Assembly (NCBI GenBank): GCA_030167865.1
Contig: JALAGF010005857.1
Coordinates: 124,001 to 188,000, forward strand
DNA: 64,000 bases
Direction of reading: 5' to 3'
Origin: Craspedostauros australis
Lineage: Eukaryota
Shown in pieces: positions 1 through 11,700 of this stretch. The notes under the pieces were generated by a model. The model saw nothing but the letters and a program-made list of their open reading frames with translations, had not been told where the DNA came from and did not search any database. The position numbers were made by a program, and so were the translations under genes. Every line of letters begins with the position of its first letter. Position 1 is the stretch's first letter.

Positions 1-1445
1 CGCCATGGTCGTTCGATTGTTCGTGCTTTAGGCCGTTCGTTTGTTGCTTGGTTGCTTCCTGTTCTCGTGCGGATGAATTGGATTATCTGCTATCGTCGCT
101 TGTTTGATGACGCTATCTAGTATATTTCGATGCTGGCTCTCTTCTTTTCTATACTTCCTTGCCTTGTCTTGCTCCCTCCAATGATGGGTGAGATGGGCGC
201 TTCGTTGTTGTTGGCTTGGTTGCTTTGTGTGCCTCCAAGTGCGGAGCTGGGTTTACAGAGATTGTGATAGTGATCGAGGTCGCGAGGAGGCGGCAACAGC
301 AATGTGGTGTGATGTGACGTGAAACGACGCGGTTCGTGGAAGAGAGATTGTTCCGTTCGCATCGGCGTTGTGAGTTGTTCCTTTCGCTTCGGTTGCGTTT
401 TGGTGTTGTTGTGTGTTGCGACGGCTACGGCGATGGCTACGGTTGCCGCGTAGAGCAGAGAGTCGACGAGAGCCACCACCACCAAGACCGAACAGTGGTT
501 TCCTTCCAACCGACGACAAAGATCCAACTCTGCGCACTTTTCTCAGGGCACGGTCGCGCAGGCGCACTTTGTCTGTCTGGTTCGCGTCGATCCATTTCTG
601 TCATGTTTGTTGGTGCTCTCGTCGTGGTTTGTCGTGATTTGTCGTGATTTCGTCGCGTGATGCGTGTGGTGATGGTTGCACACGCAGCGCGTGACGTAAC
701 GCTAACACCATGCGCCAAAGAGTGAGAGCAATTTCAACTCTGCTCACGGCGCAGAGTCCGCAGTACAAACACTTAGTACAACTTCTTGCGCCAAGATTCA
801 ACCTTGGCGCTTTCGCGCCGTGGATCCAATCGGGCTTCTTGCTTCCACGGTGTTCTTGCTAAAAAAGTAGCTGCTGACTCGTGTCTGTCCCATCACATTC
901 CGTCGTGTATCGTCAGAAGTGTGGAGGTCACAGAAGAGAGAGGCTAACAGTATCGCTCATCAACCCAGAGTCACGCATGATCTGTCCATTTTGGACACGA
1001 TCATTGTCGTCTATTCTATGCTGATTTCGAAGTCTAAAAGAAAGGCCTGTTCCAAACCAAAACTCTACAACTCGAGCGTAGAAGTGGACAATCCACCCAA
1101 ACACCAAACTTTGCAGACGTTTCCTTCGGATTCGAACATACAGTAACAGTGACGGAGATGAAGGGAGTCGACACAAACACACACGTGAATTGCATATAAT
1201 ATAATATGTTTGGTTTCGGCGATAGGACTGCAACAAGGATGGTGTGGTAGAAGTACAATACAATCATCTTATCGGACAATGCATGAGCAGAGCAGAGGAC
1301 GAGCGCTCTGCTCGACCTTGCTCTCTAAAGAGACGATTAGGGGTAGGTGGAAGGAGCATACTAATACCATGCCCAATGCTTGCTTGCGTGTATGGTACTC
1401 GTACATATGGCGACATTGATCCGTCCACGAGTCGTGATCCCCGCT

Positions 1446-2585
1446 TCATCTGTTGTGCTTGACATCCAACATTTCCTTGGACCACTCGTAGACAACGAAC
1501 ATGGTGCTGACCATCGGCATGACTTTGAGCAATTCCGGCGTCAATCCACGGTACACGCTGTTCAGCCCTTCGACCTTCACCATGTGACGGAACTGCTGTA
1601 TCGAGTTCAGCCTTTCCGCTTCGGGGATGTGCAGGCTCTGTATTTGCATGCGGCGTCTTATCGTGTCCATGGGGAACGTCAAGCACGTGGATAAGATGCC
1701 GCTCATGGCACCGCACATGACGGTGAGCAGGAAACCAAGCTTCGGTTCGCCGGAATCGGCGTCGATTCTGCGGAGGTTGTAAAACAGGTCGTCGTCCAGC
1801 GCGTGCTCCTTCAGCGTGCCGTACACCGAGTACGAAATGGCGAAGTTCGGCACGGCCACCAGCAGCGTCGGGGCGATGCCGCTGTAAAACCCAAGCACGC
1901 CCTCCGATCGCATGATCTTCCGAAATGCATCCGTGATGCCCTTGTAGTGCTCCCTTCCCTCCAGCTCCGTCGTCAGTCTTGTTCGAACCAAGTCCAGCGG
2001 GTAGCACGCCACGCACGCTGCGCTGCCTGCTGCTGCTCCTGCCAAGAACTTGTGAATCGCCAAGGTGTCTGCAGGCGACGACGAAGATGACGATGACGCG
2101 AGGCTGCTGCTGCCGTTGCTGTTGAGCCTTCTCTCCTCGGGACCCATGACGCGATTCGTCACCCTCCTCGCCAGATGTCCCATGGTTTCCGTTTGTTCAT
2201 GGTGACTCCGCCGTGTCCCATCCAACGCATCCAGGGTGTTTTCATACACGTAAAAGTTGATGGCCGAGTACGGAAATCTGTGCAGCACGGACGTCATGTT
2301 GCCCTTCCACAGCGACGCGATGCCGCCACGCTCCACGATCTTGCGGAAGCCGCCGCTCAGCGTGACGGCGTACTTGGGACGATCGAGTCTCGTCGTGACC
2401 AGCGAATGCACCTGGAACAGAATTGTGAGGCGACTGAACGGCGCAGTCACCGTCTTGGCGATCGACCCGGCGATGCCGCCGCAGAATAACTGTTTCGCCG
2501 CCTCCGTGGAACGATGCATGCTGCTCTTGGTCCCATTGTTGCCATTGCTGCCATTGCTACCATTGTTGTTGTTGCTCGCAGACAT
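1446..2585 (-). CDS. Mitochondrial carrier family (SLC25) protein, 379 aa, single exon
   Basis: Three carrier repeats with Px[DE]xx[KR] signatures (APFSRLTIL degenerate, YPLDLVRTRL, FPMDTIRRRMQ) and GxxxLWKG / EGVLGFYSG / EGLNSVYRG motifs. The degenerate first motif resembles the nucleotide/CoA-like carrier subfamily. Substrate cannot be determined from sequence. Confidence 0.93.
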   Translation of the reverse strand: MSASNNNNGSNGSNGNNGTKSSMHRSTEAAKQLFCGGIAGSIAKTVTAPFSRLTILFQVHSLVTTRLDRPKYAVTLSGGFRKIVERGGIASLWKGNMTSVLHRFPYSAINFYVYENTLDALDGTRRSHHEQTETMGHLARRVTNRVMGPEERRLNSNGSSSLASSSSSSSPADTLAIHKFLAGAAAGSAACVACYPLDLVRTRLTTELEGREHYKGITDAFRKIMRSEGVLGFYSGIAPTLLVAVPNFAISYSVYGTLKEHALDDDLFYNLRRIDADSGEPKLGFLLTVMCGAMSGILSTCLTFPMDTIRRRMQIQSLHIPEAERLNSIQQFRHMVKVEGLNSVYRGLTPELLKVMPMVSTMFVVYEWSKEMLDVKHNR

Positions 2586-3037
2586 TGTGAGTTGTGCGAA
2601 TGGTACGCTCTACGTGAATTTAGAGAGTACGCAGCAACAGACGGTCTGCGACGTTTGCTTGATGATGCCTTTGTTGTTGCTGTCGTTGCTCTCTTGGCGG
2701 TGATGCTGCTGGCTGCAATGCTTTCGAATGACGGAAGGCGTTGGGGATTGTGTGATTGCGTCATTTGGGCGAGGGTTTCGGCAGCCTTCCTTCACCGTTC
2801 CCTTTTTTCGGTTCCGTCCTCCTCTCTTCCTTTTTTGGTTTGGGTGGTTCGGGTGGTTCGGGTGGTTGGCTGTTTCTCTGTGCCGTGATGTTGGCGGAAT
2901 TGTGTGACTGCGCGATTGGTCGAGAAAAGAGGCCAAGATCGCCGAAACTGCCAACCATCGAACAATGCAGTCGATTCAGTCGATGATGGCCTTGTTCGGA
3001 ACACCGCGAGCTCATTCTCTATTCTGTCCCGTGTGAG

Positions 3038-3065
3038 TGACGTGTTGCAGTTTTGGTCATGACGT
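3038..3065. promoter_or_regulatory. Two TGACGT (bZIP/CRE-like) hexamers in the divergent carrier/RedCAP promoter
   Basis: TGACGT at 3038-3043 and 3060-3065, about 250-280 nt upstream of the RedCAP ATG. Function is inferred only. Confidence 0.3.
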
Positions 3066-3315
3066 TGGAGTCGAAGTGTTCGATGATCGGGTCCGGTTGA
3101 AGGAAGCGAGACACGAGTCTGCCTTCACGAGGGAACAAAAGACGGAAACGGCAAAACTGGTGTCGAGATGATGAACGAAGAACCATCAAGCACAAACCGC
3201 GGCAAACACCGCGCTCTCAGGCCAACCAACACAGCAACCAGCCTGATGACCAGACCTTGACAACCAGCTTGACAACCACAAAACACCGTTTTTTGCATAT
3301 CTCCAGACCGTCACG

Positions 3316-4642
3316 ATGATGCAGCTCAAGACCATCTTCACCTTCCTCCTCACCCTTGGTGTTGCCAGCGCCTTCGCTCCTGTGCAGCATGCCCAGAAGT
3401 CCAGGTTAGTGCCGCGGATGCGAGATCCCTTCAGGATCGGTGTTCATGCCTCGGAATCCGTCAACATCTTGATCCGATGTCTTGGCTTGCGCCATGGTGT
3501 CTGTGCTAATACGTGTGTTCTTGTGGTTGCGTGCAGGAGTTTTTCGGATGCCAACTTGAGGTTTGAAGATACGGATACCCGTTTTTTCGACCATGGCCAA
3601 CCGATGGAGAAAAACGGCGCAATCAGCCATCATCAAGATGATGATGATGATGGTGGGGTTTCGTCAAGAACAAGGGAACATCCAAGCAAAGGGACCGCGC
3701 AACGTACCGCGCAACGAGCATGATCAACGGGAGGACAAGGAGCCAGGTGGTGACACCTCCTCCTGTTGAGTGATTTTGAAAGACATGCAATCAATGCTGA
3801 TTCCGTGCTCGCAACCTCTCAATCCTCCCTCGAGAGAACATGCAAACACACATTGCAACAAAGCTAACGACATTCGCAACCATCACCATCTCTCCAAACT
3901 TTGCGCACTTCACTCTACGTTGCACGTCGTTCCTTGTTTGGTGTACGATCTTTTCGATGACCCATCACAATGGCGTGTCCTCCACGCAACTGCGTGAACA
4001 CGCACCAACGCGATACGATACGATACAATCCCATCTCATGCCACTGCCGTACATGCGCACCACAGCTCCCTGAACCTCCTCCCAGCCGAGACGTACGAGG
4101 AGGCACAGAAGGACTGGGCAAAGCAGTTCGGACCACTCGCCAAGTGGGGATGGGGACCATCCGTCCACGCTGAGAAGTGGAACGGACGCCACGCCATGTT
4201 CGGATGGGTCTTCATCTGCGCCACCGCCTACGCACAGGGACACGGCCTCCTCCCACCAGCCGACCAGCTCGTCGACCTGAAGACATGGGGCACCCTCGCC
4301 ACCATCTCTGGAAAGACCACCATCTCCACCCAGCGTGCCATCATCCTCGCCGCCAACGCCCACTTCTTCGCCATCTCCCTCATGGCCACCATCTGCCCAC
4401 TTCCATTCGGAGACTCCCTCCTCTTGGACCCAAATCACGACAACTATGAGAAGTCCGCCGAGCGCAACGAAAAGCCATTCGGTTACTTGCCAGCACTCAA
4501 GTTCGGCATCACTGAGGAGGCCGAGATCATCAACGGACGTCTGGCCATGGTCGGAATCATCGCCCTTGTCTCCGCCACCGCCATCTTCGACAAGCCCATG
4601 CTCGACATCGTGAACGACTGGGTTGGTGGACTTTACTTCTAA
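3316..4642 (+). CDS. RedCAP: Red-lineage chlorophyll a/b-binding-like protein (RedCAP), plastid-targeted, 221 aa; exons 3316-3404, 4066-4642
   Basis: Exon 1 encodes a signal peptide plus the ASA-FAP bipartite motif. The phase-2 intron GTTAGT..CACAG (3405-4065) joins in frame to WGWGPSVHAEKWNGRHAMFGW. A second LHC motif, AEIINGRLAMVG, and the C-terminus DIVNDWVGGLYF follow. Confidence 0.92.
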
Positions 4643-5516
4643 GCCCCAGCACAACATCAACCTGGATCTCAGCCCCGATGCTTCTTCCTCCTTCTCGCAC
4701 AGCACCACGATGGACACAAGCCATATGACATACCCTACCTGCATGAAGGCGTGTAGGGCACGTACTTGCGCATGATGATCGCGTGGACAAGTAGTGTAAA
4801 AGGAACACTTGTTGCATGAGCTCGGAGCGGAATCACCTGACTGGTAGTAATAGAATGCTCTGCCAGTATGGCACACCATGCTGCATTGAAATAGAATCGT
4901 TTACATCCAGCCAATCCTATCACATCATTTGTTGTGTACATCCCATAGTGAAGCACGAGCTATTCCACATCATGTATTATGTGAGCTACAAGTACTTGTG
5001 ACACAGTGGACGAGCTTCTCTCCGCATCATTGCGAAGTTCGATGTGTCCAAGCTGATCGAGGTCGCTCGGGCGGCACCTGTCCAGATGCTGTGTCGGTGA
5101 TGCAGGCGGGACCATTCAACTCTACTCGCACACGCGATAATCCACAGGTGTTGCCACAGCGCATCACGAAGATGACAACGAACACATGAGACAGTACGAT
5201 CAGCATCATTGGTGCATACAAGCAGTGTACTGCACCCGTAGCAAGGTCACGTCTATTTTTATTCGTTTCTTTTCATTGCAGATGGCCTGCGGTCGTTTGT
5301 GTTTGTTTGTGTGTATGGTACTCCTACGTGCTCGTACGTGTACCGGTGTTGCTCTACTCTATGCAGTTCCAAAATGTGCAGCAGCGGCTGTAGCAAGCAG
5401 AAAAAGACAATGATTGCACCTTGTCCAGGCCCATCAAGCCATACCAATACTGCGGTGCTTCATCTGCAAGGAGCACCCATTCCTCTGTCTCTCTCTCTCT
5501 CTGCCTTCCCCTTCCA

Positions 5517-7470
5517 TCAGTTTTTGGATTCCTTGCTGCTGACGTCCTCCTTCTCGGTTGCAGCAGTAGCAGCAGCAGCAACAGTAGTAGCATCACCATC
5601 CTGCTTGCCATCGTACGCGTATTCGCGCCCTTTGGTTGCCTTCAGCTCATCCTCTCCAATGCCCTTGTATGCCTCGCCCGCATTGTAGCCATGGAAGACC
5701 TTGGCTGTGATTTCCACCTGCGCATCGTCAGGCACCATCTCGGGTGGAATCTCCACGCGATTCACGATCTTGATGCCCGTCTCGACGATGGCGTTGTACT
5801 TCATGTCAGACATGGAGATGAAGTTGTGGATCTTGGTGACGCCCAAGAAGTGCAGAGGATCCGGCATGAGGGCCTGGAACCGCGTGTCCTGCACGCCCGC
5901 TACCTGCTCCGTGCAGGAGAAGTAGTTGGCGGCACTGTCTCCACCGACCTGACGCTTGCGCGTGTTGTACACGAGGTACTTGGTGACCTCTCCGAGCGAA
6001 CGTCCCTCCTTGCGGTAGTAGATGACGATGCCGCAGCCACCACGCTGCGCCGTCTTGATGCACTCCTCGATGGCGTGGGTCAAATAAGGACGGCAGGTGC
6101 AAATGTCGCTGCCGAACACGTCGCTGCCGTTGCATTCGTCATGAACGCGGCACGTCAGCTCGATGTCCTCGTCGGGGATGGTGTCCGGGTCGCCCCAAAT
6201 GTACACGGTGAGGCCGCCGATGGGTGGAAGGAACACCTTGATGTCCGGACGTGAGATCAGCTCGGGGTACATGCCGTTGGTCATGCGGAAGATGGATTGG
6301 CGCAGGTGCTGCTCCGTGGTTTGGAACCGTCGTGCGATTTCGGGCAAGTACCAAACCGGCTCGATGGCGGCCTTGGAGCAAATGGACTGCCCGCTGGGCA
6401 GCAAGATCTTGCCATCTGGTTTCATGCGACCAGTCCGGATGGCTTCCTTGCATTCTGGCAGGTCGATGTGCGCCTGCGTCACGGCGATGGTGGGGCGGAT
6501 ATCCCACCCTTTATCCAACCAATCACCGTAGCACTCCGTGGTCATGTGGCCGAAGGGGTCCATTGCAGCGATCTTCGTCGGATCTGACCAGGACGGGTGC
6601 GGCCCGATCTTGAAGACAGGAGAGGTCAATTTCAAATTGGGGACGTACTCTGGATTCAGTTTTCTGGCCGCGACTGCTAGACCGGTGTACACGCAGTAGC
6701 TGCCCTGGTGTGCGCCGATGGCATTGCGCTGCGAGGAATGCCTCACGGTGCAGATGATGGGAGCGCGGATAGAGGCGTTGGGATGGCCCCATGAGACAGG
6801 AACGGGATCAACTCCGAACGCATCCGTGTGCGTTGTGAGGGGGATGTGATCCTTGGTGGTGATTTCAGGCTCAGGGACTGCCATCACGAGTGGGTGGAGC
6901 GGGTCATTGCAACAGATGAGAGAACCGTCGTACAATGCAATGCAATGGCGATTGCAGCAATTGCAATGGCGCCGGTGGTGACAGTGGCGACAATGGTCGA
7001 TGTGTTGAGATGAGAAAACTTCGCGGGGAAAGCGGCATGGCGTCGCAAAAACCGAGTGACATCAATCGTGGGCGAAAAGACATGTGACCAATGACACCAC
7101 CGCTCACATGCAGAACAACCGCAGTCGGGCCAGCAATTGCGTTTCTTTGGAGACATGGTATGGTTGGAATGATGACATGGAGAGAGGCAAGAGAGACTAT
7201 TCATTCCATGGCAACCATCGCTGCTGCTCTCAATGCTCCCGCAATACACTCGTAATGTACCCCGCAATTCACTGAAGTTGCGCCGTCGGTCATCGGAGAA
7301 CGTTGTCGAGTTTGGCGAACGGTGCTTCTCATTGACCTGACGCATTCATGCGCACAAACATGCAATGGCACTCATGTTGATGTACCTTTCTGGAAGCGTG
7401 CTTTCTTCGACTGCCTCTCGGGCGATGGATCGCGCGGGGCAAGCGGCTCTAATGTCTCCATTGGCGGCAT
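5517..7470 (-). CDS. URC1: GTP cyclohydrolase II-like protein of the URC1/urg1 type (GTP_CH_N + GTP_cyclohydro2), about 481 aa; exons 7470-7386, 6877-5517
   Basis: Zn-binding RVHDECNGSDVFGSDICTC and RKEGRSLGEVTKYLVYN. The long N-terminal domain (RNAIGAHQGSY, DIRPTIAVT, KAAIEPVWYLP) is characteristic of fungal/bacterial URC1. A phase-1 intron GTACAT..GGCAG (7385-6878) joins MPPMETL..RFQK to VPEPE. Exon 1 is less certain than exon 2. Confidence 0.85.
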
Positions 7471-8450
7471 GGTGGTGGTGGGTGAGTGGACGTGTCTTCG
7501 TTTGTGTTTGGGAAGGAGGATGCTGACCCTTGGCTTCGATCTCGATCTCGGGCTTGGAGTTGTGTGTGGGTTTAGCTGCGGACGGGTTTCAGTTGCTTTT
7601 TCTCTGCTCGTGCATTGGTTGAGCCCAAGAGTTTCGAAACAGTCTTGTTCTGTCTTGTGTCTCTTTTCGTTTCGACTTTGGCTCGTCTTCAATTTATGAC
7701 TTGAAGTGTGATCTGCAAATGCACTTCTTGCGCATTCGTGTCGTCATTGCGGTTGTCTTTGCAGTTGTGCTTCGTTGCTGCCATGTTCGTCATCCCTTGT
7801 GTGTCCCTCCTTGATGTTGCAGGTATCGTATTGTCGTTGTCGTCGTCGTTGTCGTCATCTCTCCCTCCTTCCCATTCTCTCTCTCTCTGCGATTCTTGTT
7901 CCTTCTTCTTCCCTTCCGAGAACAGAATGAAAGATTCAAGTTGCGTTGGGGTTACTGCATGAATCTGTGACGTCGTGTTGATGAGATGGGTGCGTGTTTC
8001 GTTGTTCGCTTTCTTTCCACATCAAGCGAAGAATCGAAATCAGCCTTTTGACATGCGATGCTCAGTTCTGATTGGCCCATGCGTGGCGCGAACTGATGCC
8101 GACGTTGACAACAGAATCATTTCGTTGCGTGACGTAACTCCGTTGAATCGACGAAGTAGCGCACGTTTGGGGTCATTCAACGCAATTGGTCAGTCATGTA
8201 TAACTGTCGACTAACATGACTGAGATGAACGCGCCACAATCGAGTCCCCACACCAAAATCCAACAAAAACAGAGAGGACGCGAAATAGGTCGTATTCACT
8301 GCACTGCCCCATCGCAACACGCTCTCCACATCCCCGATGGACGGGTAAACAGAGGCAACACAACTCCATCCGTACCACTTGTTGGTAATCACGGGTGGCA
8401 GCAGCGGCAGCCGAGCGCATCTTGACGCACAAACGACTGAGAGTGTGACC

Positions 8451-8686
8451 ATGGTGTGGGAGGGCGCGAATCAGCAAAAGAGGAGCCATCCAGGTGTCGC
8501 TGGTGGAGCCGCAGGACATGATGATGCCGCGAAGCTTGCAGAACAGCAAGGCAGACGCCAGGGCCGGGTGGCAACGGAGACAGTGGAAGCTGCGATATCC
8601 CGACTGAGCAAGGCATATTTGGTCGCCATGCAATGCATCGGCGCGTTGAATCAGCTGCAAGCGGCAGTCTCAGGACATGAACAGCA

Positions 8687-8723
<37 letters not shown>

Positions 8724-11700
8724 GAGGTCGATGGAGACGAAGCAGCAGCTTTCGACATGGAGGCGTCGGTGGCATTGATGCAACGGGCTGCTATATCGGC
8801 CCGAAAGTCGCTGGAAGAGGGCGTTCTGCTGGACCCGTTGGTCACGGAATGCTCTCCTGCGCTGCAAGGCACGATCTATGATCTTCGACAGCGCGAAAAA
8901 CAGCAGCAGCAGCAGCCACACCCCGATCAACAGCCACAGCCGCGGCCTGACGATGCGACGACGGTCATTCAAAGGTGGGAGATCTTTGATGTTGTGCGCA
9001 ACGCGCCGCCTCTGGTATCATCCAACGCGCACAAATCGAAGATTCGGGAGGTAGCATATCTTGCATTGGTGAACTACTCGGACCTCCTGCAGAGCTGTTG
9101 CGGAGGCCCCTCTGCTCCCGCAACCACCGCTGCGAATACAACTGAAATGAGCGCAACGACAGACGCAGGAACAGGCGCCACATCGTCAAACACGGCCCCA
9201 TCAACTCAAAGCCAAGTTGAGGGCAAGGAAAGCACCGCGCCAAGACAGCAGGGAGTACTGGACAAGGGAGTCGTGTGCACGTTTGCAACATTCAAGACGA
9301 AACAGATATCTTGTTGGAGTGGAGAGGCTAAAGAAGACTCACACTCATTGGCACTTGCTGCTCTGTACGACGCTTCGTGCCTTGATGACTCAGACCCGAT
9401 CGTGTGGTTGAAGTTGGCATGCACGGCACGCAGCATGGAGACCATTTCTTGCAACTTGGGGCGTTCGTTTTCGAAGCAGAGGCGCTTCAAGAAGATGCAA
9501 CGTTACGCGCTGGAGTGCGGCAGCCAATGCCTACCACCGCACCTGCCGCCCAACCGAACCATCCTGAAGGCCCTCAAGCAATTCAGCAAGGATGAATGGC
9601 CAGAATCATACGTTGCCTACCCTCCTGATGAGGACACTGCGCCGAACACGATGACGGTGCAGATCCCGCGCTACTCATGGTCGATCCTTGGACGGTTGAT
9701 CTCCAAGACCTGCAGGGATGGCCACGAGCACAACCACAATCCAGCCATCGGCGGGCATCATCATCAAAAGAGCAAAGAGCCACAGTCTGATCGATTAGGT
9801 TCGCCCATGATTCATCTCAAACTCCCGTTGATACTTGCCATGCCGTCGCTGATCTTGGGAACCATCTGCAAGTATCTTGACGGTGCCTCAGTGGCAACGC
9901 TCCAATCAACCTGCAGAACCCTGTCCGTATCTGTCAACCCCGCCTTATCAGCCGTCGACGACCTCACCAACAACAGGCTGACGAATCAAGCCGCACCTCA
10001 TCCGTCCACGAACGGATCGCAACCGACAAACTCATCCCAAAGTGGCAACGATTCATCAAGGAAGGATGGTGAGCCAAGTCAGACCCAATCATCGTCCTCA
10101 GCAGCAGCACCGGCGGCGGCAGCGGGAGCAAACACTACCCGAACTACCACAGCGGCGGCGACAGCAGCAGCGACTGCACAGTCAATCCAGAACGATGAGC
10201 AGCTCGCTCGGAGTTTGCAACGATCGAACCGATCATCCAAGCGACTCAAATCGCAACTAATCGCGTCCAACAAGATTGCAGAGAGGAAGAGCAAGCGATC
10301 CTCCGTCGAGCAGTGCTTCTTGGCAGCAACCTTGCACGCATCAAAAGACCAGCACATGAAGTCGATGAAGGCCTGCGCACCGCAGCGATCTTATCTCGGC
10401 AAGTTCAAAACCATCACTCCGTCATCCAAACTATCACTAGTGCACAAGCGGTACCGAGTAGGAGGGAGGCTGCACCACACATCGTACTTGCACATCAAGG
10501 AAGCCATGGAACGAATCAGCGACTCTTCGCTAACGACCTTCATCCAGCACTGGAACGAGCACAAATCAGACCCACTCAACCTGCTTTCCAAATTCCTCTC
10601 GCACGTTGCGCTGTACACGGAAGACGTCTACATGGTCGATCCCAGTGGATCACTCGTGCTGACTTCCACTGTCGTCTCATGCTTCGATCTGATCATCAGC
10701 CGACGAGGATTGGGCGATGGCCTCATTCCGATCCACTTCAAACCAATCGAGGCAACCAAATCGGCACAGCGATCCATCGAGCTGTTCGCTATCGATTTGC
10801 TTGGCGCCGAGCTCATGCTCCGCAGTTGCGATCGTCATCAGATCACAGATGTGATGTTCGATGATTATGCCAGCATCGTGTCGCTTGTGGTTCCCGAGCT
10901 GGTTTCCATCATACACCGCTCCGACGATACAGTCGGCGATCTCACATCCGACCACAGCATGGCTCGTAGATGGACGAAGCTCCAGGTCCGTTGCTACTGG
11001 CTGGCGGCGCACTTCTACTTTTGGAGAGGCCGCATCTGCAACGACCTTGCCGAAGCCAAGGTAGCGGAGACCTACGGGTTGGAGTACATCGACGATGCCC
11101 TGGACGTGATGAAAGGAGCAGACATTGTGCTTGCCACGCCGCACCTTGTATCTCCTGGACGCACGGAGGCTCATTGGAGAGAGCTTTCCGTTGACTCGCT
11201 CACCAAATGTCGGGACGACATTCAGGCATCGTCCATCGTGTCGGAGGTGCGGGAGCGATTCCAGCAGGCTCTGTCCCAGCTCGCGGCGAAAAAGGCAGGG
11301 GATGGATCGCAAAGCGCAGATGCCCCTGATGTGGACATCTACCGAACTGGCATAATGAAGGAGTTTGATGAGATCGGAGAGATGTTGCATCAGCGATACA
11401 AAGCAACGCAAGAAAAGGCGGACTGCAAGCATATCGAGCTGATTCACGAATTTCTTTCAATGTATGGCGAAGTGTTGCTGGTGGACTACAGCACGATCAT
11501 CAACAACAGCACGCCATCGTCGCAATCGAAGAAGATCTTGCAGGTGGAGCTCCCCGTCGCAGAAATCGACTTGCCAAAGCTGGCAGAGCGCTCCGAACTG
11601 TCAATTCTGACGATCCTGGTCGTCAGCCTCAGGATGAGCCCCGCCAATGCACCGAAGGTTGTGGAAACGCTCTGCGGGTTGATCGTGACGATCAACGAAC

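Noticed and set aside
1..530. Possible start of a minus-strand gene at the window edge (ACCATGGCG, ATG at 6-4) and short ORFs at 117-718
   Set aside because: Only two codons are visible, and the ORFs are simple-repeat-rich and UTR-like with no domain.
3405..3723. Continuation of the 135-aa ORF 3316-3723
   Set aside because: Read-through into the RedCAP intron. The exon ends at a donor at 3404 and splices in frame to the LHC domain.
8683..8720. (CAG)n poly-Q and poly-D/E tracts in several proteins
   Set aside because: Present in most large proteins in this window, so they are background low-complexity sequence.
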